Origin: Planctomycetota bacterium
GTDB taxonomy: Bacteria; Planctomycetota; UBA1135; UBA2386
Assembly (NCBI GenBank): GCA_965223545.1
Contig: OZ245006.1
Location: 2,464,001-2,528,000 of the forward strand
DNA: 64,000 bases
Direction: 5' to 3'
Shown here one piece after another: positions 48,223 through 58,048 of this stretch (position 1 is the first letter of the stretch; each line of letters begins with the position of its first letter). The notes below the pieces were generated by a model. It was not told the DNA's origin, did no database searches, and saw only the letters and a list, made by a program, of their open reading frames with translations. Made by a program: the position numbers and the translations under genes.

Positions 48223-49173
48223 ATGGCCAGCCAACAAGCACACCCCACCACAATCGCCCAACCAACCATCGGCACCGACCCCCTGGAGACGATCCGCCGC
48301 CTGATCGCCCGCGGTGAAGTCGCCCGCGGCATGTGCCGGCTGTTCACCACTCTCGACGCCGCCCGTGAACGCAGCACGCCCGCCGGTTGGCAGCAGTTCT
48401 GCGCTCGGGTCCAGGCGCATCCGCTGCGCGCCCTCATCCACCAGGATCCGATGAGCAAGCGGAGCTTCGACAAGCCGCGCGGCTACGCCGGCGATGCGGA
48501 GCTGCTCGACTACATCTACGGCCTCAAGACGCTCGACGGCGTGTCGGACATCGGCCGCGCCGTGCACGACTACTGCCTCGGCCGGGCGTCGATCTGCGCG
48601 GTGCGCCACCGGCGCGACCTGCTCGCCCACCGCATCGACCAAGCCGCCGACGGCGCCGGCGGCGCGGGACGCGTGCTCTCGGTTGCGTGTGGCCACCTGC
48701 GCGAAGCCGACCACTCGGCCGCAGTGCGGGCCGGTTGGGTGCGCGACATCGCCGGCCTCGACGCCGACCGCGAGAGCCTGGCGGTCGCCGCCGCCGCCCA
48801 CCCCGGACTGATCACCCCTTGGCACCTGTCGATCCGGCGCCTGCTGGGACGGGAAGCACCGCTGGGCAAGTTCCACCTGACCTACTCCGCCGGCCTCTAC
48901 GACTACCTCGAAGACGCGGTGGCCGTGCGGCTGACGCGCCGCATGTTCGACACGCTGCACCGCGGCGGCCGCCTGCTGGTCTGCAACTTCCTCACCTCGG
49001 TGCCGGATGTCGGCTACATGGAGAGCCTGATGGGATGGAAGCTGATCCTCCGCAAGCTCGAAGAGCTGCCCCGGCTGCTCGCCGAGATTCCGGCGGCGCA
49101 GATCGGCGAAGTGCGCACCTACAGCGACCCGTTCGCCGCTGTCGGCTATCTGGAAGTGCGCAAGGCGCGGTAG
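48223..49173 (+). CDS. Class I SAM-dependent methyltransferase, PhcB-like
   Basis: GAGG RBS; KPRGYAGDAELLDYIY, VLSVACGHLRE, YSAGLYDYL, GGRLLVCNF, YMESLMGWKLI. Confidence 0.8.
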   Translation: MASQQAHPTTIAQPTIGTDPLETIRRLIARGEVARGMCRLFTTLDAARERSTPAGWQQFCARVQAHPLRALIHQDPMSKRSFDKPRGYAGDAELLDYIYGLKTLDGVSDIGRAVHDYCLGRASICAVRHRRDLLAHRIDQAADGAGGAGRVLSVACGHLREADHSAAVRAGWVRDIAGLDADRESLAVAAAAHPGLITPWHLSIRRLLGREAPLGKFHLTYSAGLYDYLEDAVAVRLTRRMFDTLHRGGRLLVCNFLTSVPDVGYMESLMGWKLILRKLEELPRLLAEIPAAQIGEVRTYSDPFAAVGYLEVRKAR

Positions 49174-49182
49174 CATGTGAAC

Positions 49183-51534
49183 ATGACCCGATCGCCCGCT
49201 CGCACGCTTGCCGCGGCAGCGCTCGCGGCGCTGGCGACCGGAGCCGTGCGCGCGCAGAACGCCGACTACGCGATCGACTTCCAGCGCGACATCCGGCCGA
49301 TCTTGGCGCGCCATTGCTTCGCCTGCCACGGGCCGGATCCGGCGCATCGCAAAGCCGGCTTGCGCCTGGACCGGCGCGAGGCTGCGGTCGCGGCCCGCGA
49401 CGACGGCGCCGCCATCGTGCCTGGCGACCCCACCGGGAGCGTGCTGTTGCAGCGCATCGCGAGCACCGACCCGCGCCGCGTGATGCCGCCACCGGATGCT
49501 CACCGGCCGTTGCTGCCGGCGCAGATCGAGCAACTTCGCGACTGGATCGCGGCCGGCGCGGAGTATGCCGCTCACTGGGCGTACACGCCGCCCGCCGAGC
49601 ATCCGCTGCCGGCGATCGCCGATGCGGACTGGCCGCGGAACGCGATCGACCACTGGGTGCTGGCCGCCCTCGAGGCACGCGGCCGCACGCCCGCACCGCC
49701 CGCCGACCGGGCCACCCTGCTGCGCCGGCTCAGCCTCGACCTCACCGGTCTTCCGCCGACCGCGGAGGAGGTGCGCGCGTTCCTCGACGACCGCCGCGCC
49801 GACGCCTACGAGCAATGGGTCGAACAGCTCCTCGCCTCGCCGCGACACGGCGAGCGCATGGCGACCTTTTGGTTCGACCTCGTGCGCTACGCCGACACGG
49901 TCGGCTACCACGGTGACCAGGAACACGCGATCGCGCCCTATCGCGACTGGGTGATCGCCGCGTTCAACCGCAACATCCCGTTCGACCAGTTCACGGTCCA
50001 GCAGCTTGCTGGCGACCTGCTGCCCGAGCCAACGCAGGAGCAGCGCGTCGCCACCGGCTACAACCGGTTGTTGCAAACCACGCACGAGGGTGGCGCGCAG
50101 GCCGGCGAGTACCTGGCGATCTACGCCGCCGACCGCGTGCGCAACCTGGGGCTGGCGTGGCTGGGTTCGACCGTCGGTTGCGCCCAGTGCCACGACCACA
50201 AGTACGATCCGTTCACCCAGCGCGATTTCTACGAGCTGGCCGCGTTCTTCGCCGACGTCGAGGAGAAGGGCGACTTCGCCGGTAGCCCCAACACCACGCC
50301 GACCACGCGGCCGCCGGAGATGCGCGTGCACTCGGACGCCGACCGGCAACTGCTGGCGGCGATCGACACCGAGCTGGCGCGAGCGACCGAGCGCGATCCG
50401 GCATCGGCGGAGCCGCTGCGCGCCCAGCGGGCAGCGATCGAAGAGCGCGGGGTGCGGACGATGATCACGCGCGCCTGCGCACCACGCGCCGTCCGCGTCC
50501 TCCCGCGGGGCGACTGGATGGACGACTCGGGTGCCGAGGTCCAACCCGCCGTCCCGGCGTTCCTCGGCGTGCCGCTCGACGCCGCGGACCGGCGCGCCAC
50601 CCGGCTCGACCTGGCCCGATGGCTGGTCCACCCGCGGAACCCGCTCACCGCTCGCACGTTGGTCAATCGTCTGTGGGCGATGCTGATGGGCCGCGGCCTC
50701 GCCCGGGTCGACGACCTCGGAGTGCAGGGCGACGCACCGTCCCATCCAGAGCTCTTGGACAGCCTCGCGCTGGAGCTGGTGCGGAGCGGCTGGGACGTGC
50801 GTCACGTGCTTCGCCTGATCGTGCGCAGCAGCACCTACCGACAGAGTTCGGACACCCCGGCGGGGAACACGGCCGACGATCCGGACAACGTCTGGCTCGG
50901 CCGCCAAGCGCGGTGGCGGCTGGCCGCCGAGTTCGTGCGCGACCAGGCGTTGTTCGCCGCAGGCCTGCTGCAGCTGACCGACGGAGGTGCGGCCGTGCGC
51001 CCCTATCAGCCGGCCGGATACTACCGCCACCTCAACTTCCCCAAGCGCAGGTATGCCGCAGACGACTCCGCGCAGCAGTGGCGTCGCGGTGTGTACGTGC
51101 ATTGGCAGCGCCAGTTCTTGCATCCCCAGCTGCGCAACTTCGACGCGCCGTCTCGGGAGGACGGGGTCGCCGCGCGGCCCCGCTCGAACACGCCCCAACA
51201 GGCACTGACTCTGCTCAACGACCCGACCTTCGTCGAGGCCGCCCGAGCCTTGGCGGCGCGCGTTGCGACCGAGGCAACCTCGGATCGATCGAGGCTCGAG
51301 GCGGCGGTCGGGCACGTGCTATCGCGCGCCGCGCGCGACGACGAGGTCGATGCGCTGCTCGCGTTCTTGCGGCGGCAACGCGCGCACTACGCCGCGACAC
51401 CGGGCGCTGCGCGCGCGTTGCTTTCGGTCGGCATCGCCCGCCGGCCGGCTGCCGTGGCGGACGACGAGTTGGCCGCCTGGACCGCGACTTGCCGCGTGCT
51501 GCTCAACTTGCCCGAAGCCATCACCCGCCATTGA
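49183..51534 (+). CDS. Planctomycete cytochrome c protein (PSCyt1 + DUF1549/DUF1553)
   Basis: FQRDIRPIL..CFACHG, LLRRLSLDLTGLPPT, CAQCHDHKYDP, NPLTARTLVNRLW, PSHPELLD, SNTPQQALTLLND. Confidence 0.93.
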   Translation: MTRSPARTLAAAALAALATGAVRAQNADYAIDFQRDIRPILARHCFACHGPDPAHRKAGLRLDRREAAVAARDDGAAIVPGDPTGSVLLQRIASTDPRRVMPPPDAHRPLLPAQIEQLRDWIAAGAEYAAHWAYTPPAEHPLPAIADADWPRNAIDHWVLAALEARGRTPAPPADRATLLRRLSLDLTGLPPTAEEVRAFLDDRRADAYEQWVEQLLASPRHGERMATFWFDLVRYADTVGYHGDQEHAIAPYRDWVIAAFNRNIPFDQFTVQQLAGDLLPEPTQEQRVATGYNRLLQTTHEGGAQAGEYLAIYAADRVRNLGLAWLGSTVGCAQCHDHKYDPFTQRDFYELAAFFADVEEKGDFAGSPNTTPTTRPPEMRVHSDADRQLLAAIDTELARATERDPASAEPLRAQRAAIEERGVRTMITRACAPRAVRVLPRGDWMDDSGAEVQPAVPAFLGVPLDAADRRATRLDLARWLVHPRNPLTARTLVNRLWAMLMGRGLARVDDLGVQGDAPSHPELLDSLALELVRSGWDVRHVLRLIVRSSTYRQSSDTPAGNTADDPDNVWLGRQARWRLAAEFVRDQALFAAGLLQLTDGGAAVRPYQPAGYYRHLNFPKRRYAADDSAQQWRRGVYVHWQRQFLHPQLRNFDAPSREDGVAARPRSNTPQQALTLLNDPTFVEAARALAARVATEATSDRSRLEAAVGHVLSRAARDDEVDALLAFLRRQRAHYAATPGAARALLSVGIARRPAAVADDELAAWTATCRVLLNLPEAITRH

Positions 51535-52949
51535 TGATGCCCATTCCGCCGATCGACCGACCCGAGCTCGCCGTCAGCCGACGGGCCTTTCTCGGCCGCG
51601 CATCGTTCGGCCTCGGCGCCGCCGCCCTGGCCCGCCTGCAGGGCGGCGCCAGCTCCCACGTCTTGCCACACCACCGACCGCGTGCAAAGCGGGTGATCTT
51701 CCTGTGCATGGCCGGCGGCCCTTCACAGTTCGAGACCTTCGACTACAAGCCCACCCTCGCGGCGCGCGACGGCGAGCCAATGCCGTCGTCGGTCACCGCC
51801 GGTCAACCGATCGCACAGCTGCAGGGCCAAGAGCTGCGCATCATGGGCGCGCGGGCGCGCTTCTTGCAGCACGGACAATCCGGTCAGTGGATCAGCGACC
51901 TGCTGCCATGCACCGCACGCATCGCCGACCGCCTCGCCGTGGTGCGCTCGATGACCACGACGCAGATCAACCACGACCCGGCGCACACGGTGATGAACAC
52001 CGGCACGCAGATCCCGGGCCGGCCGTCGATGGGATCCTGGATCACCTACGGGCTCGGTAGCGAGGCCGACGACCTGCCCGGCTTCGTGGTGATGAGCTCG
52101 ATCAAGGGGCGCAACCCGCAGCCGATCGCGGCGCGCCAATGGCACAGCGGTTTCTTGCCGTCGCGCTACCAGGGGGTCGAGCTGCAGACGCAAGGAGCCC
52201 CGGTCCATTACCTGGAAACGCCACCAGGCATGGATCGCGACCAGCAGCGCGACACGATCGACACCGTGGCCGCGCTCACCGCGGCGCACCCCACCCTGGG
52301 TCAAGACCGCGAAGTCCGCGCTCGCCTGGCGCAGTACGAGCTGGCATTACGCATGCAGATGAGCGTGCCGGCACTCGCCGATCTCAGCGACGAGCCGCGC
52401 CACATTCTCGACCTCTACGGCGTCGACGGGCTCGACGGCTCGTTCGCCGCGAACTGTCTCATGGCGCGGCGCCTCGTCGAGCTCGGAGTCCGCTTCGTGC
52501 ACCTGTATCACCGCGGCTGGGATCACCACGGCGGCCTCGACAAGTGGATGCCGATCTGCTGCCATGCCACCGATCGCGGCACCGCAGCACTGGTATCGGA
52601 CTTGGCGCAGCGCGGCTTGCTGGAGGACACGCTCGTGGTCTGGGGCGGTGAGTTCGGCCGCACCCCGATGGTCCAGCACAAGGACGGCGGCGCCGGCCGC
52701 GATCACCACATCCGCGGCTTCACGATGTGGCTCTGTGGCGGCGGTATCCGCGGCGGCGTCGCGCACGGCGCCACCGACGAACTCGGCTATCACGCCGTCG
52801 ACGACATCGTTTCCGTCCACGACCTCCACGCCACGATGCTGCACCTCCTGGGCATCGACCACGAACGCTTCCATGTGCGCCAACAAGGCCTCGACATGCG
52901 CCTCACCGGGGTCGAGCCGGCACGCGTCGTCCGCGCGCTGTTGGCTTGA
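51534..52949 (+). CDS. DUF1501 family protein, Tat-exported (DUF1553 partner)
   Basis: TGATG coupling to the upstream gene; SRRAFL, AKRVIFLCMAGGPSQFETFDYKP, WDHH, WGGEFGRTP, GRDHH, RLTGVE. Confidence 0.93.
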   Translation: MMPIPPIDRPELAVSRRAFLGRASFGLGAAALARLQGGASSHVLPHHRPRAKRVIFLCMAGGPSQFETFDYKPTLAARDGEPMPSSVTAGQPIAQLQGQELRIMGARARFLQHGQSGQWISDLLPCTARIADRLAVVRSMTTTQINHDPAHTVMNTGTQIPGRPSMGSWITYGLGSEADDLPGFVVMSSIKGRNPQPIAARQWHSGFLPSRYQGVELQTQGAPVHYLETPPGMDRDQQRDTIDTVAALTAAHPTLGQDREVRARLAQYELALRMQMSVPALADLSDEPRHILDLYGVDGLDGSFAANCLMARRLVELGVRFVHLYHRGWDHHGGLDKWMPICCHATDRGTAALVSDLAQRGLLEDTLVVWGGEFGRTPMVQHKDGGAGRDHHIRGFTMWLCGGGIRGGVAHGATDELGYHAVDDIVSVHDLHATMLHLLGIDHERFHVRQQGLDMRLTGVEPARVVRALLA

Positions 52950-52958
52950 ACCTTGTGG

Positions 52959-53053
52959 GTTGCGCGGTGCGTACGGAGTCAGGCTCGATTTTCTCGCTTG
53001 GCGGCAGCCGCCAAGCGAGAAAATCGAGCCTGACTCCGTACGCACCGCGCAAC
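52959..53053. repeat. Perfect 95-bp palindrome (two 47-bp arms, 1-nt centre) between convergent genes
   Basis: GTTGCGCGGTGCGTACGGAGTCAGGCTCGATTTTCTCGCTTGGCGGC, then A, then its exact reverse complement. Confidence 0.97.
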
Positions 53054-53084
53054 GCGAAATGGCAACCCCGCGTGCGCTCCTGGG

Positions 53085-53609
53085 TCAGGGTTGGGGGCGC
53101 AGCTCGGGGGCGTAGAGGACGAGGCCCTGCGCGGAGGCCAACGCGCCGGCTCGGAGCTCGAGCGCCATGAAGTTCGGTGGCGGGCAGTCGTACTCGCAAT
53201 GCAGGCCGAGATCGGCGGCGGGGGTGAAGCCGAACTTCGGGTAGTAGCTGGGGTGGCCGAGGACGACGACGCCGGCGGCGCCCGTCTCTCTCGCCGCGGC
53301 GAGGCCGGCCTCGACCAACTGGCTGCCGACGCCGCGGCGCTGCCATGCGGGCACGACTCCGAGGGGGGCCAGGCCCAGCAGCTGTAGATCGGCGGGCCGG
53401 GTCTCGATGGTTGCCGGCGTGAACAGCACGTGGCCAACGATCTTCGCCCCGGTGTCGGCGACCAGCGAGACCACTGCTCGACCGGCATCGCGCAGGGCAT
53501 CGACGAGGTCTGCCTCGTCCGGTCCGCCGAACGCGGCGCGGTGGACCTCGCCGATCATCGCGCGGTCGGTTGCGCGCTCCGCGCGCACGTCGAACGCCCA
53601 TTCGCTCAT
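53085..53609 (-). CDS. GNAT N-acetyltransferase (YhbS-like)
   Basis: AAFG..EADLVDALR, VGHVLFT, LAPLGV.PAWQRRGVGSQL, VLGHPSYYPKFGF. Confidence 0.92.
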   Translation of the reverse strand: MSEWAFDVRAERATDRAMIGEVHRAAFGGPDEADLVDALRDAGRAVVSLVADTGAKIVGHVLFTPATIETRPADLQLLGLAPLGVVPAWQRRGVGSQLVEAGLAAARETGAAGVVVLGHPSYYPKFGFTPAADLGLHCEYDCPPPNFMALELRAGALASAQGLVLYAPELRPQP

Positions 53610-53630
53610 GGGCGACGGACCCTACGGAGG

Positions 53631-54734
53631 TCAGCGGCCGATGACCAGGACCAGTGCGTTGGAGAACACCAAGAGCCCGGTCGCCGCGTCGCCGACCAGC
53701 CCCTGCGCGGCAATCGAGCCGCCGAGTAGGTTGACCGACCCCGGAATCGGCAGCGGTACCGTGCCGCCCGCGCCGGGCACCAACCCACCGAACGTGAGCA
53801 GGTCGACGAGGATCGCACAGCCGGGTGCGCCGAACGGAATGGGCACCGGGCTGGTCGTCGCCGACAGCGCGGCCACCTGCAACAGCGGGGGCGGTCCACC
53901 GGTCAGCGTCAAGGCGAACCCTGGATTGCCGAGCGTCGGGTTGCCGTTGGTGCCGGCCACGAGCGGGGTCGCGCCACTGCCGCTGCAGCCGGTGCCGAAC
54001 ACCGTGACGCTGGCGGCTGGCTCGGTGTAGGTCACCGTCAGCACCGGCGCCGCGCTCGATTCGCGAGAACCGAACGCGCGGGCGTTGCGCGTGGTCGACT
54101 CGTCACCGACCACGATCCAACCGTGGTTGCCGGCGGGTGCGTCGAGCCAGCCCTGCACGTCGGCGGCCATCGCCGCGCCGCCCCACACCACCGGGCCGCC
54201 ACTGCCGACCGCGACCGATCCACTGATCGCGGCGGCAAAGTCGCCCCCCGCCGCCGACCAGCTCTGGGAGGGGAAGAAGCGGTGCAGCCACGTCGCATCG
54301 TTGGACGCTGCCGCGGTGCCGGTGCCGCCGCCGGATCCCGGGCCGGCACCTCCGCCGGCCACCGACGCCCCCTCCCCCCAGCTCGCGCTCAATCGATGCG
54401 CGTTCATCGTGGTCGACGGTGCCAACGGCGGTGCCTGGACGATCGTCATCTGCAGCGACGCGGCAGTGACGGTCGAACCCCGCGGGATGCCACCCAGGTC
54501 GAACCGCAGCACGGCTCGACGCGCCAGCGGGTTCATCGACGCGTCCACCCCGGCAAAGATCCGCGTCCCCGACCCGTTGCTGAGCGCGCCGCTCGGGTCT
54601 TCGTACAACGTGTTGTCGGCGACGGGAGACAGATTCACCGTCACCTGCGCCGTGGCCGCCACCGTCGTGGCGCCGAAGGTGGCGAAGGCCACACCGAGGA
54701 GACGAGGGAAGCGGGCGCGGGGGTCGTAGTGCAC
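53631..54734 (-). CDS. Secreted DNRLRE-domain-like protein with a C-terminal GxGC...SNAL domain
   Basis: GGAGG RBS and GTG at 54734; signal peptide; ADNTLYE, RRAVLRFDL, SWGEG, DATW, DVQGWLD...NHGW, FGSRE. Confidence 0.8.
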   Translation of the reverse strand: MHYDPRARFPRLLGVAFATFGATTVAATAQVTVNLSPVADNTLYEDPSGALSNGSGTRIFAGVDASMNPLARRAVLRFDLGGIPRGSTVTAASLQMTIVQAPPLAPSTTMNAHRLSASWGEGASVAGGGAGPGSGGGTGTAAASNDATWLHRFFPSQSWSAAGGDFAAAISGSVAVGSGGPVVWGGAAMAADVQGWLDAPAGNHGWIVVGDESTTRNARAFGSRESSAAPVLTVTYTEPAASVTVFGTGCSGSGATPLVAGTNGNPTLGNPGFALTLTGGPPPLLQVAALSATTSPVPIPFGAPGCAILVDLLTFGGLVPGAGGTVPLPIPGSVNLLGGSIAAQGLVGDAATGLLVFSNALVLVIGR

Positions 54735-54888
54735 AGATGTCCTCCAATAGGTGTGCGGAACCGGGGCGCCGCGCTTCGCTGCAAGTCCGGTACCCCTCGA
54801 CTTCCCAAGCGCCCGCTGCCTCGCGGCGTTCACCATGGGCACAGAGCCCGTTCGCATTGTGAACGCGCGCCGCCGCCCCCCAACCGCC

Positions 54889-56523
54889 TCAGCCGGCGGT
54901 CGATCCGATGGCCATGCGCAGCACTTCGGCGAGGTGCTCGGGAGAAAACGGCTTGTGCACGAAGCCGTCGACGTCCAAGTCGGCGAGCTGGCCCAAGACA
55001 TCCTCCGCCCCATACCCGCTCATCAACACGACGGGCAGATCGCTCCGGATGCGGCGCAGCGCACGGCATGTGTCGGCGCCGTTCAATCCCGGCATGGTCA
55101 GGTCGACCAGCGCGGCCGAGAACCGCGCGGGCCTCTCGCGCAACAACGAGAGCGCCTGCTCACCGTCACGAACCACCACCGCGCCAAAGCCCGCGCCGCG
55201 CAATACACGCTCGGTCAAGCGACGCACCGACCCTTCGTCATCGACAACCAAGACATCCGCACCCTCCACGAGGCTGGGCCGCCGCGCTGCCGATCCCGCC
55301 TGCGGAGCCGCCGCGACCGTGGTCGCCGGCAGCAAGACCTCGAATCGACTTCCCTCTCCCTCACGCGTCTGCACGTCGATGCCACCACCGTGGCCACGGA
55401 CGATGCCGAGCACGGCGGCCAACCCGAGCCCCCGGCCGTCCAGCTTGGTCGAAAAGAACGGGTCGAAGAGGTGCTGTTCGGTTTCGACGTCCATTCCGCA
55501 GCCGTCGTCCTCGACGACAATCGACAAGTACTGCCCAGTCGGCAGCTCGTCGCTCGCGCCGGCGGCGATCAGCCGGTGGCCGTCCACTGACCGCCGTCGG
55601 GTCGACAGCCGCACGACACCGGGCGCATCGGCGAGCGCCTCGCCAGCGTTGGTGACGAGGTTCATCACGACCTGCGACAGCTGACTGGCGTCTGCCTCCA
55701 CAGCCGGCGCGTCCTCGCCGAGATCGAGCTCGAGGCGAGCCGAACGTCCCACGGAAGCTTCGAGCAAGCTGGCCAGCCCGCCGATCAGCCGATTGACGGA
55801 AACCACCTCCACGGTGAATCGACCCTTGCCAGCGTACGCCAGCATTTGCGTGCACAAAGCAGCGGCGTGTTTGGCGGCACTGATCACATCGTCGAGAGAC
55901 TGGCCCTGCGCGGCATCCGTCACCTCGGCGCGCAACAGCTCCGCGTTGCCGAGGATCGTCGTCAAGTAGTTGTTGAAGTCGTGGGCGATGCCCCCGGCCA
56001 TGACACCCAAGCTCTCCAGCTTTTGGGTGTGCAGCACCTGCGCCTCGAGACGCTCGCTCTCGAGCTCGGCCCGCCGGCGTGCACTGACGTCGATGACGTA
56101 GCCGAGGTAGTGCGTGGCGGCACCGGATGAATCACGCAGGATCGTGGTGAAATCGTCGAGCCAAACCGTGCTCCCGTCGCGGTGCCGCACTCGATACGGC
56201 AGGTGCGCAAACCGCTCTGCACCACCATCCGTGGCGGCTTGCACTTCGGCGACCACTCGGTCGAGATCCGGCGGCTCGATCAGCTCCGCGTAGACCACGG
56301 AGCCTTCGAGGAACTCACGCGGAGAATAACCGAACACGCTGGCCGCGTTGGGCGAGACGTACTCGACCGGCCACCCGGGCGCGTTGCGCCATTTGAAGAC
56401 CACGACCGGCCCGCTCAGGAAGATCTGCCGCTCCTGCAGCAACGGGGCAGTGCCCGTGAATTCATCGTCGCCGACCGCCTCGGGCTGCCACGACTGCGAG
56501 TTCCTGGGATCGCTGGCGCTCAT
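54889..56523 (-). CDS. Hybrid sensor histidine kinase (PAS-HisKA-HATPase-REC, CckA-like)
   Basis: PAS (YVSPN...GYS), QKLESLGVMAGGIAHDFNN, NLVTNA, DDGCGM, PFFSTK..GRGLGL, receiver VLVVDDE...DLTMP...KPF. Confidence 0.93.
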   Translation of the reverse strand: MSASDPRNSQSWQPEAVGDDEFTGTAPLLQERQIFLSGPVVVFKWRNAPGWPVEYVSPNAASVFGYSPREFLEGSVVYAELIEPPDLDRVVAEVQAATDGGAERFAHLPYRVRHRDGSTVWLDDFTTILRDSSGAATHYLGYVIDVSARRRAELESERLEAQVLHTQKLESLGVMAGGIAHDFNNYLTTILGNAELLRAEVTDAAQGQSLDDVISAAKHAAALCTQMLAYAGKGRFTVEVVSVNRLIGGLASLLEASVGRSARLELDLGEDAPAVEADASQLSQVVMNLVTNAGEALADAPGVVRLSTRRRSVDGHRLIAAGASDELPTGQYLSIVVEDDGCGMDVETEQHLFDPFFSTKLDGRGLGLAAVLGIVRGHGGGIDVQTREGEGSRFEVLLPATTVAAAPQAGSAARRPSLVEGADVLVVDDEGSVRRLTERVLRGAGFGAVVVRDGEQALSLLRERPARFSAALVDLTMPGLNGADTCRALRRIRSDLPVVLMSGYGAEDVLGQLADLDVDGFVHKPFSPEHLAEVLRMAIGSTAG

Positions 56524-56638
56524 CTCTTGGCCCGACAACATCATCGCCGATCGCAGCTTCGTTTGCAGGCACGAGACTGCGCAGACCGGCATCCCGATCA
56601 CGCGGTGTTCGACGCAGCGCAAAGCCCTGGCCGCACGC

Positions 56639-58048
56639 CTACGGCTGGCGCACCTCCCAGCCGGCGAAGCCTCCGGCCTTGACCGGGGTCAACCGATAGC
56701 GCTGCTCGAGGTGCTCTGCGAACCAGCGCAGACCCGCACCCTGGGCCGCGGCTTGCTCGTCGTGCAGGACCTCGAATGCGTCTTGCGTCATCAGCAGCGT
56801 TCCACCCCGCGCGCGCAAGCGCTCGGCAGCCGCGTCGAACGCCGCAAGCCCACTGCTGCGGTCGGACATCATCGCCACGTCCGGCAAGAAGAAGTACGGG
56901 GTGTCGGGCAGCGCGACGAAGCGCGCTTCGATGTCGTCGAGCCCGCCGATGAGCAACAGCACCGGTCCGTCCCCAGCCACCTCTCGCACCCCGGCGGCAA
57001 AGGCAGCGGGGCGCTCCGGTGCGTCGTGCTGCGCGACGAAGAGGACGCCCGCCAGCAGGCTCAGCGCGAGCACGCACGCCAACAATCGCTCCGACCAAGA
57101 CCGCGCCATCCGCCACGCCGCCGGCCAAGCCAGCGGCAGAAGATAGGCACCCCACTCCGGATGGCTTCCGAGCATGCAATAGGTCGCGGCGCAGTATGCG
57201 ACGACGGCCAAGACGAACCACCCGGCCGCGCGCCAGCGGACCGCCACGGCAACGACCGACAGCGGAAAGAACGGCACGAGCCACTCACGCCACAGGGTTC
57301 CCGCGGCCGCGCCGGGGTCGGCCAAGGCCCAACCGAGGTGCAGCTGAACGAACTCGAGGGTGTGCGGCCCCGGCGGCCCCGTGTAGAACGCCTGGTACCA
57401 CAGGCGCAACACAATCGTGAACCCCGCGTGCAGCCCCGAGAGCGCGAGCACGATCGGCCACCCACAGCGGGAGCCTTCGAGCAGAAACGGGACCAGCGCC
57501 ACCGGCAACAGGACCGCCGAGGCGTGAAAGAAACTCGACGTCGAGGTCGCGAGTGCTAGCGCGATCAGAATCGGCCATCGCGGCCGGCGGGCAAACCACG
57601 CCGCCGCCAGCCAAACGCCCCCGATACAACCGAGGAAGGGGCCCGCCACCTCGACCATCGTGGCATAGAACAAGACGGCTGGGGTGAAGCTCACCAGCAA
57701 CGCCGCGGCGATCGCCGGCCGGCGCGGCACGCCCGCGAGCCCAAAGGCGACGCAGCTCGCGCCGGCGCCGGCGGCCGCTCCGAGCTGGGAGCAGAGCCGA
57801 AACGACTCGAAGTGGCTCAGGCCGAGCGCCTGCCCCAGAGCGCGAACCCCCTGCGCGACATACAGGTACGCCGGGTGGTTGCGATGATCGTAGGCGCCGT
57901 CCTCGCTGCGCAACAGGAACACGTAGCCATCGCCGTATACCGATCGTTGGCCCAGAAGCAGGTACGCCACGAAAGCGATCGCGGCCACCGCGATCGCGTC
58001 ACTGACGAGCCCGGGTGCCGTTGGCCAGCGACGCTCGATCGACATCAT
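56639..58048 (-). CDS. Polytopic membrane protein, possibly a GT-C (ArnT/PMT-like) glycosyltransferase
   Basis: Many hydrophobic helices; N-terminal YGDG..NHPAY loop; ATGA overlap with the SGNH gene stop. Confidence 0.65.
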   Translation of the reverse strand: MMSIERRWPTAPGLVSDAIAVAAIAFVAYLLLGQRSVYGDGYVFLLRSEDGAYDHRNHPAYLYVAQGVRALGQALGLSHFESFRLCSQLGAAAGAGASCVAFGLAGVPRRPAIAAALLVSFTPAVLFYATMVEVAGPFLGCIGGVWLAAAWFARRPRWPILIALALATSTSSFFHASAVLLPVALVPFLLEGSRCGWPIVLALSGLHAGFTIVLRLWYQAFYTGPPGPHTLEFVQLHLGWALADPGAAAGTLWREWLVPFFPLSVVAVAVRWRAAGWFVLAVVAYCAATYCMLGSHPEWGAYLLPLAWPAAWRMARSWSERLLACVLALSLLAGVLFVAQHDAPERPAAFAAGVREVAGDGPVLLLIGGLDDIEARFVALPDTPYFFLPDVAMMSDRSSGLAAFDAAAERLRARGGTLLMTQDAFEVLHDEQAAAQGAGLRWFAEHLEQRYRLTPVKAGGFAGWEVRQP

